A stretch of 63,678 nucleotides of DNA, the filler included, from an uncultured Methanosarcinales archaeon (GTDB lineage Archaea; Nanobdellota; Nanobdellia; Woesearchaeales; CAYZNE01), in NCBI GenBank assembly GCA_964405295.1. It is 14 parts of 14 records of this genome, joined end to end, with 100 filler letters (N's around TTAATTAATTAA, not from the genome) between each part and the next. Parts side by side here need not be neighbours in the genome. Positions count along the whole stretch, not along the records: positions 1 to 5,036 come from CAYONI010000042.1; positions 5,137 to 10,013 come from CAYONI010000043.1; 12 more parts are not named here. One strand, 5' to 3'. Position 1 is the stretch's first letter. Each line of letters begins with the position of its first letter. The position numbers and the translations under genes are program-made. Under the pieces are notes generated by a model that was not told where the DNA came from, ran no database searches, and saw nothing but the letters and a program-made list of their open reading frames with translations. Shown here piece after piece: positions 1-7,955 of this stretch.

Positions 1-139
1 GTGGTTTCTATTCTATTCATGGTTTTCTTTACTCTCCTTTCCTTAATTTACTTAAATTTAAGTAATCGTCTAATTTCTATGTTAGGTTATTTTTCCCCTA
101 AAGCGCACCGATATGTTGTCACTTATGATATCGGCGACC

Positions 140-565
140 TCAATTCAAATTGGCCTTCTTCGCCCACTCATCAACAGCTGCTTGAAACTTCTGTAGCTTT
201 GCATCGCCTTTCAGGACAGCATGTTGAATCGTCTCAATTCTCTGTTCAATGCTGAGTATATCTTGTGTGCTTTTGAATTTAATCCCGCTTTGTTCATACG
301 CCTCTCTAACCTTTTTAAAAGTGTTCCGGTATATTGCGTCCATGACCTGTATAAGGCTTTCAATGCGTGCCTCTTTCGTGTCTGGGGAATATGGATTGTG
401 ATAGATCACAAACGGCTCCAATTCAGCCATGATCTGTTTTTTATGTGCTTTGGCGAATTGCACTACTTCGGGCGTGACATTCTCTTTCGGTGAGAGACTT
501 AACTCTTCGCCAATCACCCGTAGAGTAATACCCTTGCTCTCTAAGATTTTAGATGCGGACGTCAT
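140..565 (-). CDS. Small protein with TubC-N-like N-terminal domain
   Basis: ILESKGITLRVIGEELSLSPKENVTPEVVQFAKAHKKQIMAEL resembles the domain often found after DUF3631 primases; overlaps the primase stop. Confidence 0.55.
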   Translation of the reverse strand: MTSASKILESKGITLRVIGEELSLSPKENVTPEVVQFAKAHKKQIMAELEPFVIYHNPYSPDTKEARIESLIQVMDAIYRNTFKKVREAYEQSGIKFKSTQDILSIEQRIETIQHAVLKGDAKLQKFQAAVDEWAKKANLN

Positions 566-2558
566 CAAACACCATCCTTTCTTGTCCTTCCCCCTTTTCA
601 ACCGTAACAACGTCACATTCCTTTGCTGGCGTGGGTTTTAGCCGATTCTCAACCGTAACATCTCTTGATTGTGTTACGCTTTGAAATCCCCGTAAATCCT
701 TTGTGGACGTGGGTTGTGACGGTGTTACGCTTTGAACAGGTGGGGTAGATGGTAAATACCTTTTAAAAGGATCGATAAACTGTTCCAATGTATAGCCTTT
801 AGCTGTCCCGTCACCTGTTCGTATTGTTTTTGAAAGTATGTTGAATGGTTTCAAAAGACGCGCAAGGCCATTTTGGGTTATAGATTTTCCCTTTCGCCAC
901 TCACTCCATGGGTGGTCCTCAACCTTAATCAATTTTTCGATAAGCACTTTTGAACTGATTTTATCCAGCCCTACGAAAATCTCTTTTATGTCTCTCAAAA
1001 GAGTTTGTCTTATAGAGTCCTCATCTGATATCTCTTCCAAGTCAAGCATTGCTTTGCGTGTCCTGTCCGGCCAATCTCCACCTGCAAGCTCTGCAATGCC
1101 CAGAAGGGGTGTCCAGTTATCGGCTGCCCGGTCATTTCCGGTTTCTGGTATTGTGGGTGTTGTGTTTTTTAAGGTTTCGGTGTTGTCTGTTGCCCATCGT
1201 TTAATCATACGCCGTAAGTTCATCTGCTCTTCATCAAAATCAATTGAGACTTTTGTCACCTTTTCCGAGGTTGTTTTACGCTCCAACCTAATTGAAACAG
1301 AGCGGTCGATTATGGTGCCCGGCAAGCCGCCAATTAATGCAATGGCTTTCGGTCCCCATGTTGAGAACCTTTCTGGATCTAACGTAACGGTATTCGTTCG
1401 GATGACGAAGGCGGATTTTCGTGTATGACCGCTGTTTATAATCCCGCGAAGCTCCTCGTTATCTTTCAAAAAGGTATCGGCCTCATCGATAAGCAGGCAA
1501 GGTCCGTACTTCTCGATCGTCCTGAAAACAGCTGATGGAGAGATATTTGAAGCTAACAGGGGCTTATTCGAAAGGCCGCTTAAAATCTCGAGAAGTGTTG
1601 TTTTGCCACAACGTTTTTCCGGTGACGTAACGGCCAGTATGGGTAAGATTCTAAAAAGGTCGTAACAGTACGTTAGAATTATCCACAGCGTACATGCTAT
1701 GACAGCAGGCGGGTCCAGAACAATATGGGCCTTTATCGTATCGTGTAAAAGATGGAGAATTTCGCAGCCGTCTACGGGTGTTTCCCAAGGTTCAATATCT
1801 TCGGCGATTGTTGGCTGTTTTTCTGGTTGATTTTCTTTTTGCTCTTTGGATTGTTTCTCCCGTTTCTTTGCATCTGAAAACAGTTTGTGCGTAAGTGATA
1901 TCCTTCTCAGACCTTCAAATCCCTTAATACTATTCTCGCACAAGTAATCGTCGAGCTTTCCTATGTTTTCCTGTATGGGTAAGCAGACAACGGAAACCTT
2001 CGCCCCTCTTTGCTCAAGCAACGTTCCCAAACGATAAACGGCATGTTTCACCTCTATCTTTTTCTGAAAATCTGAATCCGGCACAAGCTCAACTTTTCTA
2101 TCAATCCATTCAATAGAATTAAAGTCATCGATCAACTGAGGTTTGCCGTTTTTGTCCTTAACGGCGAAATTCCAAATACCGCCCAAGGCGATGCAGTTAA
2201 GTCCTTCTTGCATAGACCTCAAGGCCTTTTTTTCGCCCTCCGTGATCATGATAAGGTCTTTATCTGCATCGAAGCCAGGCGGTTTGTATAGAGCAATTCC
2301 CGAACCTTTGGACTGGTGATATTTTTGCGCCCGTGACTCACCCTTTTTCTGGTATGGCGGGAATAGCTTGTGACGGATAAAATCCGTCCCTGGATAAGGA
2401 AAGGCCAATAGTGAAGATATAGGTGCATCCCACCCCATAGTCTTAGGGATGTCGCCAGGTGCTACACTGTAGATACCAGACTTTTCGATGGACTCGTCCG
2501 ATAGCCCGGATTCCTGCAAATCTGCTTTGTGGTCGGGGTGTAAAGAGAGTTCTTTCAT
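549..2558 (-). CDS. Primase/replication protein (DUF3854 TOPRIM plus DUF3631 P-loop)
   Basis: ITEGEKKA, LVPDSD and KLDDYL TOPRIM motifs; SPEKRCGKTT Walker A; LLIDEAD Walker B; RAADNWTPLL. Start reassigned to ATG 2558 after a GGAGGTG RBS. Confidence 0.85.
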   Translation of the reverse strand: MKELSLHPDHKADLQESGLSDESIEKSGIYSVAPGDIPKTMGWDAPISSLLAFPYPGTDFIRHKLFPPYQKKGESRAQKYHQSKGSGIALYKPPGFDADKDLIMITEGEKKALRSMQEGLNCIALGGIWNFAVKDKNGKPQLIDDFNSIEWIDRKVELVPDSDFQKKIEVKHAVYRLGTLLEQRGAKVSVVCLPIQENIGKLDDYLCENSIKGFEGLRRISLTHKLFSDAKKREKQSKEQKENQPEKQPTIAEDIEPWETPVDGCEILHLLHDTIKAHIVLDPPAVIACTLWIILTYCYDLFRILPILAVTSPEKRCGKTTLLEILSGLSNKPLLASNISPSAVFRTIEKYGPCLLIDEADTFLKDNEELRGIINSGHTRKSAFVIRTNTVTLDPERFSTWGPKAIALIGGLPGTIIDRSVSIRLERKTTSEKVTKVSIDFDEEQMNLRRMIKRWATDNTETLKNTTPTIPETGNDRAADNWTPLLGIAELAGGDWPDRTRKAMLDLEEISDEDSIRQTLLRDIKEIFVGLDKISSKVLIEKLIKVEDHPWSEWRKGKSITQNGLARLLKPFNILSKTIRTGDGTAKGYTLEQFIDPFKRYLPSTPPVQSVTPSQPTSTKDLRGFQSVTQSRDVTVENRLKPTPAKECDVVTVEKGEGQERMVFDDVRI
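598..736. repeat. Iteron-like repeats in the primase 3' end (putative origin)
   Basis: TCAACCGTAACA at 598-609 and 649-660; GTGTTACGCTTTGAA at 671-685 and 722-736; the GTAACA/TGTTAC cores are inverted. Confidence 0.55.
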
Positions 2559-2559
2559 G

Positions 2560-2763
2560 TTACACCTCCCGAGTTTTATGGTCACCCTCAGGGTTAATTC
2601 TCTGTTTCTGCATCCAGTCTTCGACATCGACCAGATCATACCGCACAGAACGACCGGCTTTTATATACGGAATGCCTTTCCTTAAATGTCGATGGTTTCT
2701 TAATGTGGGAAGTTTGAATCCCGTGATGTCACTTACAATCTTTTCGGTGAGATACTGTTTCAT
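2560..2763 (-). CDS. Excisionase/AlpA-like HTH protein
   Basis: YLTEKIVSDITGFKLPTLRNHR...GIPYIKAGRSVRY pattern; 67 aa. Confidence 0.8.
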   Translation of the reverse strand: MKQYLTEKIVSDITGFKLPTLRNHRHLRKGIPYIKAGRSVRYDLVDVEDWMQKQRINPEGDHKTREV

Positions 2764-2863
2764 TGCCTTTTCTCCTTTGGTAAGGTTTTACCTATGGAAA
2801 AGACAAGATAAAGGGGGGGCTTATGTTGCAGAAATAAATTATGTTAGGAAAAAGATAGTAGGA

Positions 2864-3700
2864 TTAATCTTTTTTTTCACGGGATTTTTTCCTACCCTTC
2901 TTTATCGGGATATCATCTGTATTTCCATAAAGTTTTTCTCTTGAATATTCCTTTCCGGCCAGCTTGGCATATGCGGCGCATGGAATAAATTCCATGACTC
3001 CCCCGATGGTTTTATAACATTTCGTTTGGTCTTTGCACTTGGCACACAACTTTAAAGCATCATCTTTCGCTTGTTCTTTGGTAAATCTTTCTCCGTGGAT
3101 CACTTCGTAAGCCAGCTGCCAGCGTGCCTTGACTGTTGACTCCGGGATTTCTAATTTTCTTGCTATTAAATGAAAACATCTCCTTTGCCCATAGCCTTCC
3201 CACATATCCCATACTTGAAATATCTCGTCTTGTTTAGATAGCCATTTATGACGTCGTTGGAGACCTTCTCGCCTCTCTTTGTGATAATCAATGCTTCGTT
3301 TAACCTCTTCCAAGATAGACTCTTTTGACCTCGATAAATCAATGCCCAACAGTAGAGTGTTAAATGGGTCAGAATACGTCAAAAGTTTTACTGCATCCAA
3401 CTTATCACCACGACCCCATGGCCCATAAAGATTAAAAAAATTATCCTTCCATCTCCTATTATTTAAGATATCATCGGGACTGAGGAATTTTCCACTTGCA
3501 ACATCCTCGTCACTGAGAAACCGATAGGATATGACGGCGGGCCTTACAAGGTTTTTTTCTAACACATCTCGTGGTATCTTGCCTTCCAACTTTTCTACCC
3601 ATTCTTCAAAGTGAGTTCTCTCTGGCTCATTTCTTTTTAAAAGTTCAAGGGCTGCTTTATTAAGTCCCTCTGTCTGTTTTTTCTTCTTAGCCATTTGCAA
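2864..3700 (-). CDS. Hypothetical regulator with HTH and Cys motif
   Basis: FHLIARKLEIPESTVKARW HTH-like segment; lies between integrase and excisionase. Confidence 0.55.
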   Translation of the reverse strand: MQMAKKKKQTEGLNKAALELLKRNEPERTHFEEWVEKLEGKIPRDVLEKNLVRPAVISYRFLSDEDVASGKFLSPDDILNNRRWKDNFFNLYGPWGRGDKLDAVKLLTYSDPFNTLLLGIDLSRSKESILEEVKRSIDYHKERREGLQRRHKWLSKQDEIFQVWDMWEGYGQRRCFHLIARKLEIPESTVKARWQLAYEVIHGERFTKEQAKDDALKLCAKCKDQTKCYKTIGGVMEFIPCAAYAKLAGKEYSREKLYGNTDDIPIKKGRKKSREKKD

Positions 3701-4826
3701 CCTCGCTTTTTTCTTTCATTGCTTCCTGAATAATATCCCCGGCTACATTAGCGGCCTTTTTCAAGGTCTCGTCCCGGAGATGTGCGTAGCGCATTGTCAT
3801 TTGAGGTGTCTTGTGAGTTAGCAACCTTTGTAATACAAACATGTCAACCTGACCCGAAGAGGCCAGCATGGAAGCGTAGACGTGCCTGAGGCCGTGCAAG
3901 GGTCTAAAGTCTTTTGGCAAATCGGCCTTATCCTTTATTTCGTTAACCGCTTTGTTGATATCCGTTCTTTGATTGCCACCACGGCCAGGGAAAACATATT
4001 CACTGCCGGTCTTAATGTGATTCTTTAACATCTCACGCGCCGCATCGTTCAGGGGGATTTGTTGATCAACGCCACCCTTAGGATTTCGGATGTGGATAAA
4101 TCCACGTTCAAAATCGATGTCAGACCATTTCAGCTTGAACATTTCGCCACGCCGCATGCCAGTATAGAGAGCCATTAACATCATTGGTCCGGCTTGCGCA
4201 TGGGTGTCCTTGTCGATCGCTTTGAGTAATTTTGACATTTGTTTTGGGGTTAAATCTTCGGTTTTGATATTATTAACTTTTGGTTTCTGCATAAGGAACT
4301 GGAGGCCTTGACATAGATTCCGACGTTTTCCGTAATTGATGATCTGTTCCAACAGACCCAGGACATCCCGAACGGTTTTAGGAGATTTCGTTTTCATAAG
4401 ATTTAACCGTAAGCGGTCGGTTTCCAGGGGGATGATCTCGTGCGGTTCTTTATCGCTGAATGGTTCCTTGAGGTAGTTTGTATAAAGTCCTTCATCCGAT
4501 TTCAAGCTCTTGCCGGGGTTCCTGTTTTCCTTATAGTGTGTCCACAATTTATCAATCGTCCATTTTGAAGACTCCGCCTCTTTTGCCGCCTTCTCCCGTT
4601 TTCTTATGTCTTTCCGTGATAATCGTTTTCCCTCTATCCGTTCCGCTCTTATTCCGACAGCCCGGGCGGGGGTCATATCATCGGCATATTGACGGCCAGC
4701 CTTTTCCTCAAACAACTTTCCATCTTTCTTAAATAAAATGTAATATACTTTTTCCTTGCCCTTACTTCCGATCCGGTCAGCCTCCCGATAAAAGACTCCC
4801 GCATATATTGTCTTATGTCTTTTCAT
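3687..4826 (-). CDS. int: Tyrosine integrase
   Basis: TGMRRGE, HGLRH, LLTHKT and MTMRYAH catalytic motifs; ATG 4826 follows a GGGGGAG RBS. Confidence 0.95.
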   Translation of the reverse strand: MKRHKTIYAGVFYREADRIGSKGKEKVYYILFKKDGKLFEEKAGRQYADDMTPARAVGIRAERIEGKRLSRKDIRKREKAAKEAESSKWTIDKLWTHYKENRNPGKSLKSDEGLYTNYLKEPFSDKEPHEIIPLETDRLRLNLMKTKSPKTVRDVLGLLEQIINYGKRRNLCQGLQFLMQKPKVNNIKTEDLTPKQMSKLLKAIDKDTHAQAGPMMLMALYTGMRRGEMFKLKWSDIDFERGFIHIRNPKGGVDQQIPLNDAAREMLKNHIKTGSEYVFPGRGGNQRTDINKAVNEIKDKADLPKDFRPLHGLRHVYASMLASSGQVDMFVLQRLLTHKTPQMTMRYAHLRDETLKKAANVAGDIIQEAMKEKSEVANG

Positions 4827-4891
4827 GCTCCCCCCTTTCAAGATTCCAACCGTATTTCCAACCCTAATTGTGTATTTTAAAGTAATTTCAG

Positions 4892-4970
4892 GTAAAGTCA
4901 AGGAAAAAGATATTTGAAAAACGATGTGATACTAAGTAGTTTTAGTAAAGGCAAGTAAAGAGAGGTAAAT
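4892..4970 (+). repeat. Putative integrase arm-type sites
   Basis: GTAAAG at 4892, 4945 and 4955 and GTAAAT at 4965; the last three have 10-bp periodicity and lie beside the att core. Confidence 0.45.
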
Positions 4971-4981
4971 AATGGGTTCCC

Positions 4982-5028
4982 GGTTGTGGCCCAGGAGGTC
5001 GCCGGTTCAAATCCGGTCACTCACCCCA
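4982..5028 (+). other. att site: 3' half of tRNA-His(GTG)
   Basis: TTGTGGC loop, CCAGG, T-arm GCCGGTTCAAATCCGGT and acceptor strand ending CCA; no D-arm or 5' acceptor strand upstream. Confidence 0.85.
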
Positions 5029-5036
5029 ATATTTTC

Positions 5037-5136
5037 NNNNNNNNNNNNNNNNNNNNNNNNNNNNNNNNNNNNNNNNNNNNTTAATTAATTAANNNNNNNN
5101 NNNNNNNNNNNNNNNNNNNNNNNNNNNNNNNNNNNN
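5037..5136. other. Artificial contig linker N44-TTAATTAATTAA-N44 (13 copies in window)
   Basis: Identical 12-mer with stops in all six frames at 5081, 10058, 14977, 19888, 24697, 29306, 33896, 38398, 42805, 47205, 51397, 55553 and 59691. Confidence 0.99.
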
Positions 5137-5701
5137 TCGTAGAAAATCAAGGTAGACTTTGTATTATATATGATGTAACTACCTGTAAACAACTTATTAT
5201 TCCTATCAATATGTCTAGTCGTTATCTTGAAGAAGAAATGACTAAGAAACAAAAAGACAAATGGGCTGGTTATGAAATACCAGAAGGAAGTAAAAAATGA
5301 AAAGATATGTATTCATAGCAGTAAGGGGTGAAGAATGTGTTTTCTATGACAGAGTAGAAGAATGTAAAATCATAGTCCCTATGAACCAACTATGTCATTA
5401 TTCCAGAGTCAAAATGACTGCAATAGAAATGGAAAATGAGATAGAAAGAAGGATGTGATAATATCTAGGCTCTTTACATAATGTAGAGGGCTTTTTTTTG
5501 CCTGTGCATAACTCTAAGATTTTTATCTTAAAAAGTGGTATAATAAAGATATAATTAAATAATATAAAACTATGGACAAAGAACAAGCATTTAAAATATT
5601 AACATCTATATTCCCTACTTTAAGATTAAATGAACAAGAAAGACAAAGTGTTCTAAAAGCTTATGAGGTTGTAGAAAAAGAATTAGGATTAATAAAAGAA
5701 G

Positions 5702-6088
5702 ATGACAAAAAAAAGAAATAAGAAAACAGTAGGGAAAAAATTAGATATAGTTTGGTCAGAAGCCATAAAAGTAAGAGCTGGATATAAGTGTGAGCATTGT
5801 GGTAAAACAACAAACCTAAACTCACATCATATATTCACGAGATCAAGAAAATCTACTAGGTGGGAACTAGATAATGGTATTTGCTTATGTGTAGGTTGTC
5901 ATATGTTTTCAAGCAAGTTTTCAGCACATAAGACAGGGGTTGAATTTACGCATTGGCTAGAAGAAAAAAAAGGTAAAAAGTGGGTTGAAACACTACAAAG
6001 AATGTCTAATGAAATATACAGACCAACACTTGAAGAAATGGAGGAAACATTAACTTACCTAGAAAAATATGTTAATAACGCTAAGTAA
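5702..6088 (+). CDS. NinG-like HNH endonuclease
   Basis: CEHCG...NSHHIFTR...TRWELDNGICLCVGCH. Confidence 0.8.
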   Translation: MTKKRNKKTVGKKLDIVWSEAIKVRAGYKCEHCGKTTNLNSHHIFTRSRKSTRWELDNGICLCVGCHMFSSKFSAHKTGVEFTHWLEEKKGKKWVETLQRMSNEIYRPTLEEMEETLTYLEKYVNNAK

Positions 6089-6374
6089 AATATCAAAAGA
6101 TTATAATTTATCTTTAAATTATCTATTATCTAAAGGTAAGGCTTATGGTATTATAAAAAGAAATAAGAAAAATGATTGTATAGATGAAAAATATTTAAAG
6201 TTGTTAAAAGAATATTATGCTATGTCTTATTTAAGGAACTTTATAATTTACTGGATTGAATATACTTTTGATGATAGAGAATTAAGAGTTGAATTATTAT
6301 GTCAACTTGTAAGAATGGATTATAATGAAGTAATAAGATTTATAATACTAAAAGATTTAATGTGGAATTTATAA
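6069..6374 (+). CDS. Phage hypothetical protein
   Basis: Overlapping co-oriented ORF. Confidence 0.5.
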   Translation: MLITLSKISKDYNLSLNYLLSKGKAYGIIKRNKKNDCIDEKYLKLLKEYYAMSYLRNFIIYWIEYTFDDRELRVELLCQLVRMDYNEVIRFIILKDLMWNL

Positions 6375-6497
6375 AAATAATATGAAAAAATGGAACCAAT
6401 AGAATTAGAAGATGAATGTATTATATATAATGGAGTAAAATATACAAAAGACCAATGGGAAATAAAACAAAAACAAGATAAATAATTAAATAATAAT

Positions 6498-6743
6498 ATG
6501 TATTATATAATATTAAAACGAGATAATGAATTTTATCCAGCCTTGATAGAAGAATTAGGATTTTCTAAAGGAAACTATTTAACTATGGGAAAAGGTCTAA
6601 CAACAAAAGGTAAATGGGGTGTAGATTTATTTTGTTGTAAAACTAGAAAACAAGCAATAAAAAAAGTAAAGGATATAAAAGAAAATGGAGTAAAATATTT
6701 TAGGATGAATTATTTAAAAAATTATGGATTTACTTTAAAATAA
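6498..6743 (+). CDS. Phage hypothetical protein
   Basis: Co-oriented ORF in the phage gene string. Confidence 0.5.
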   Translation: MYYIILKRDNEFYPALIEELGFSKGNYLTMGKGLTTKGKWGVDLFCCKTRKQAIKKVKDIKENGVKYFRMNYLKNYGFTLK

Positions 6744-6941
6744 TTACCACTTCCCTACTCTCTTGATACATCTATTTATCACTCCCCTACCGAAAAAATA
6801 GATATACCAGAAGGGTAGGGGACAACCTTAGCCCAATAAACACAACACTTATGAAAAAAAAGGAAAAAACACAAGAAATAACCAAAATAGAACTAAATGA
6901 GGAGGTAGAAAATAAAATATTAAAAATAATAAAACAAAAAT

Positions 6942-7472
6942 ATGAAAATAGGCTACATAGGTGGGACTTTTGATCTACCACATTACGGACATTATGAAAT
7001 ATTTAGAAAAGCAAAGCTAATTTGTGATTACTTAATAGTAGCTGTAAATACAGATGAGTTTTGTGAGAGATATAAAAGAAAACCAATAATGACAAAAGAT
7101 GAAAGAATGAGAACTATAGAATATTGTAGATATGTAGATGAAGTAGTTGTAAATATAGGAAATGAAGACTCAACTTTAACAGTTGATACTTACATAGAGG
7201 CAAAAGGTAATATAGATTTTATATTTCACGGTGATGATTGGGTAGGAGATAAGCTAAAGACACAAATGGGAATAACAGAAAGATGGTTAGAAGATAAAAA
7301 TATAGATATGGTATATTTAGATAATACTAAAGGTATATCAACAACTGATTTAATAAATAGAATAAATGAAAGGAATAGTAATATTGACTCACGACAAATC
7401 AAGGTTCAAGGAAATACTGGAACAGAATATGATAAAGTTAAAGAACTTTTCAATAATAGTAGCAACAAATGA
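6942..7472 (+). CDS. Cytidylyltransferase (TagD/RfaE-like, HIGH superfamily)
   Basis: GGTFDLPHYGH, HGDDW and GISTT motifs. Confidence 0.9.
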   Translation: MKIGYIGGTFDLPHYGHYEIFRKAKLICDYLIVAVNTDEFCERYKRKPIMTKDERMRTIEYCRYVDEVVVNIGNEDSTLTVDTYIEAKGNIDFIFHGDDWVGDKLKTQMGITERWLEDKNIDMVYLDNTKGISTTDLINRINERNSNIDSRQIKVQGNTGTEYDKVKELFNNSSNK

Positions 7473-7814
7473 AGAACCATCTAAGTATGAGAAACTAGCA
7501 TTTGAAGTGGGAATAGAAAACTTTGATGAGTTTATATTATTACAGGATAGTGTAATGGTTAAAGATAGTTCCCTATTCAAAAAAATGTTAGAATCCCCTA
7601 ATTCAGTTTGGTTATCTAAATGGGGTCAAAACTATTTTTGTAAGTATAAGAGTGAGATATTAAGACAAATACCTATAGAGATAAAAGATAAAAAAGATTC
7701 AATATATTGGGAAAGACAATTACACGAAGATTATAGAAAGTTAGAAGTTCCTGAAATTATGTTAGATGGATGTTTAGATAATACACTTGTATTTGAAGAA
7801 GCCTATGGTAGAAA
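7366..7814 (+). CDS. Hypothetical, possibly glycosyltransferase-related (runs into scaffold gap)
   Basis: DEFILLQDS segment; follows the cytidylyltransferase. Confidence 0.45.
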
Positions 7815-7955
7815 NNNNNNNNNNNNNNNNNNNNNNNNNNNNNNNNNNNNNNNNNNNNNNNNNNNNNNNNNNNNNNNNNNNNNNNNNNNNNNNNNNNNNN
7901 NNNNNNNNNNNNNNTGGTAAAACTATATTCTTACCAAGCGAAATAATGAAAAAAA

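Larger units (their letters stand above)
1..5028 (-). mobile_element. Integrative satellite-like (PICI/P4-like) element, one end only
   Basis: Co-oriented integrase, regulator, excisionase-like HTH and primase genes, bounded by a tRNA-His 3' fragment. Confidence 0.8.

Noticed and set aside
838..1428. Long antisense ORFs (e.g. 838-1428, 14034-14408, 53314-53799, 58252-58650)
   Set aside because: Shadows of well-supported genes on the opposite strand with no motifs, unlike the HNH ORF inside the intein.
4982..5028. Functional tRNA-His gene
   Set aside because: The 5' acceptor strand and D-arm are missing; it is an att fragment.
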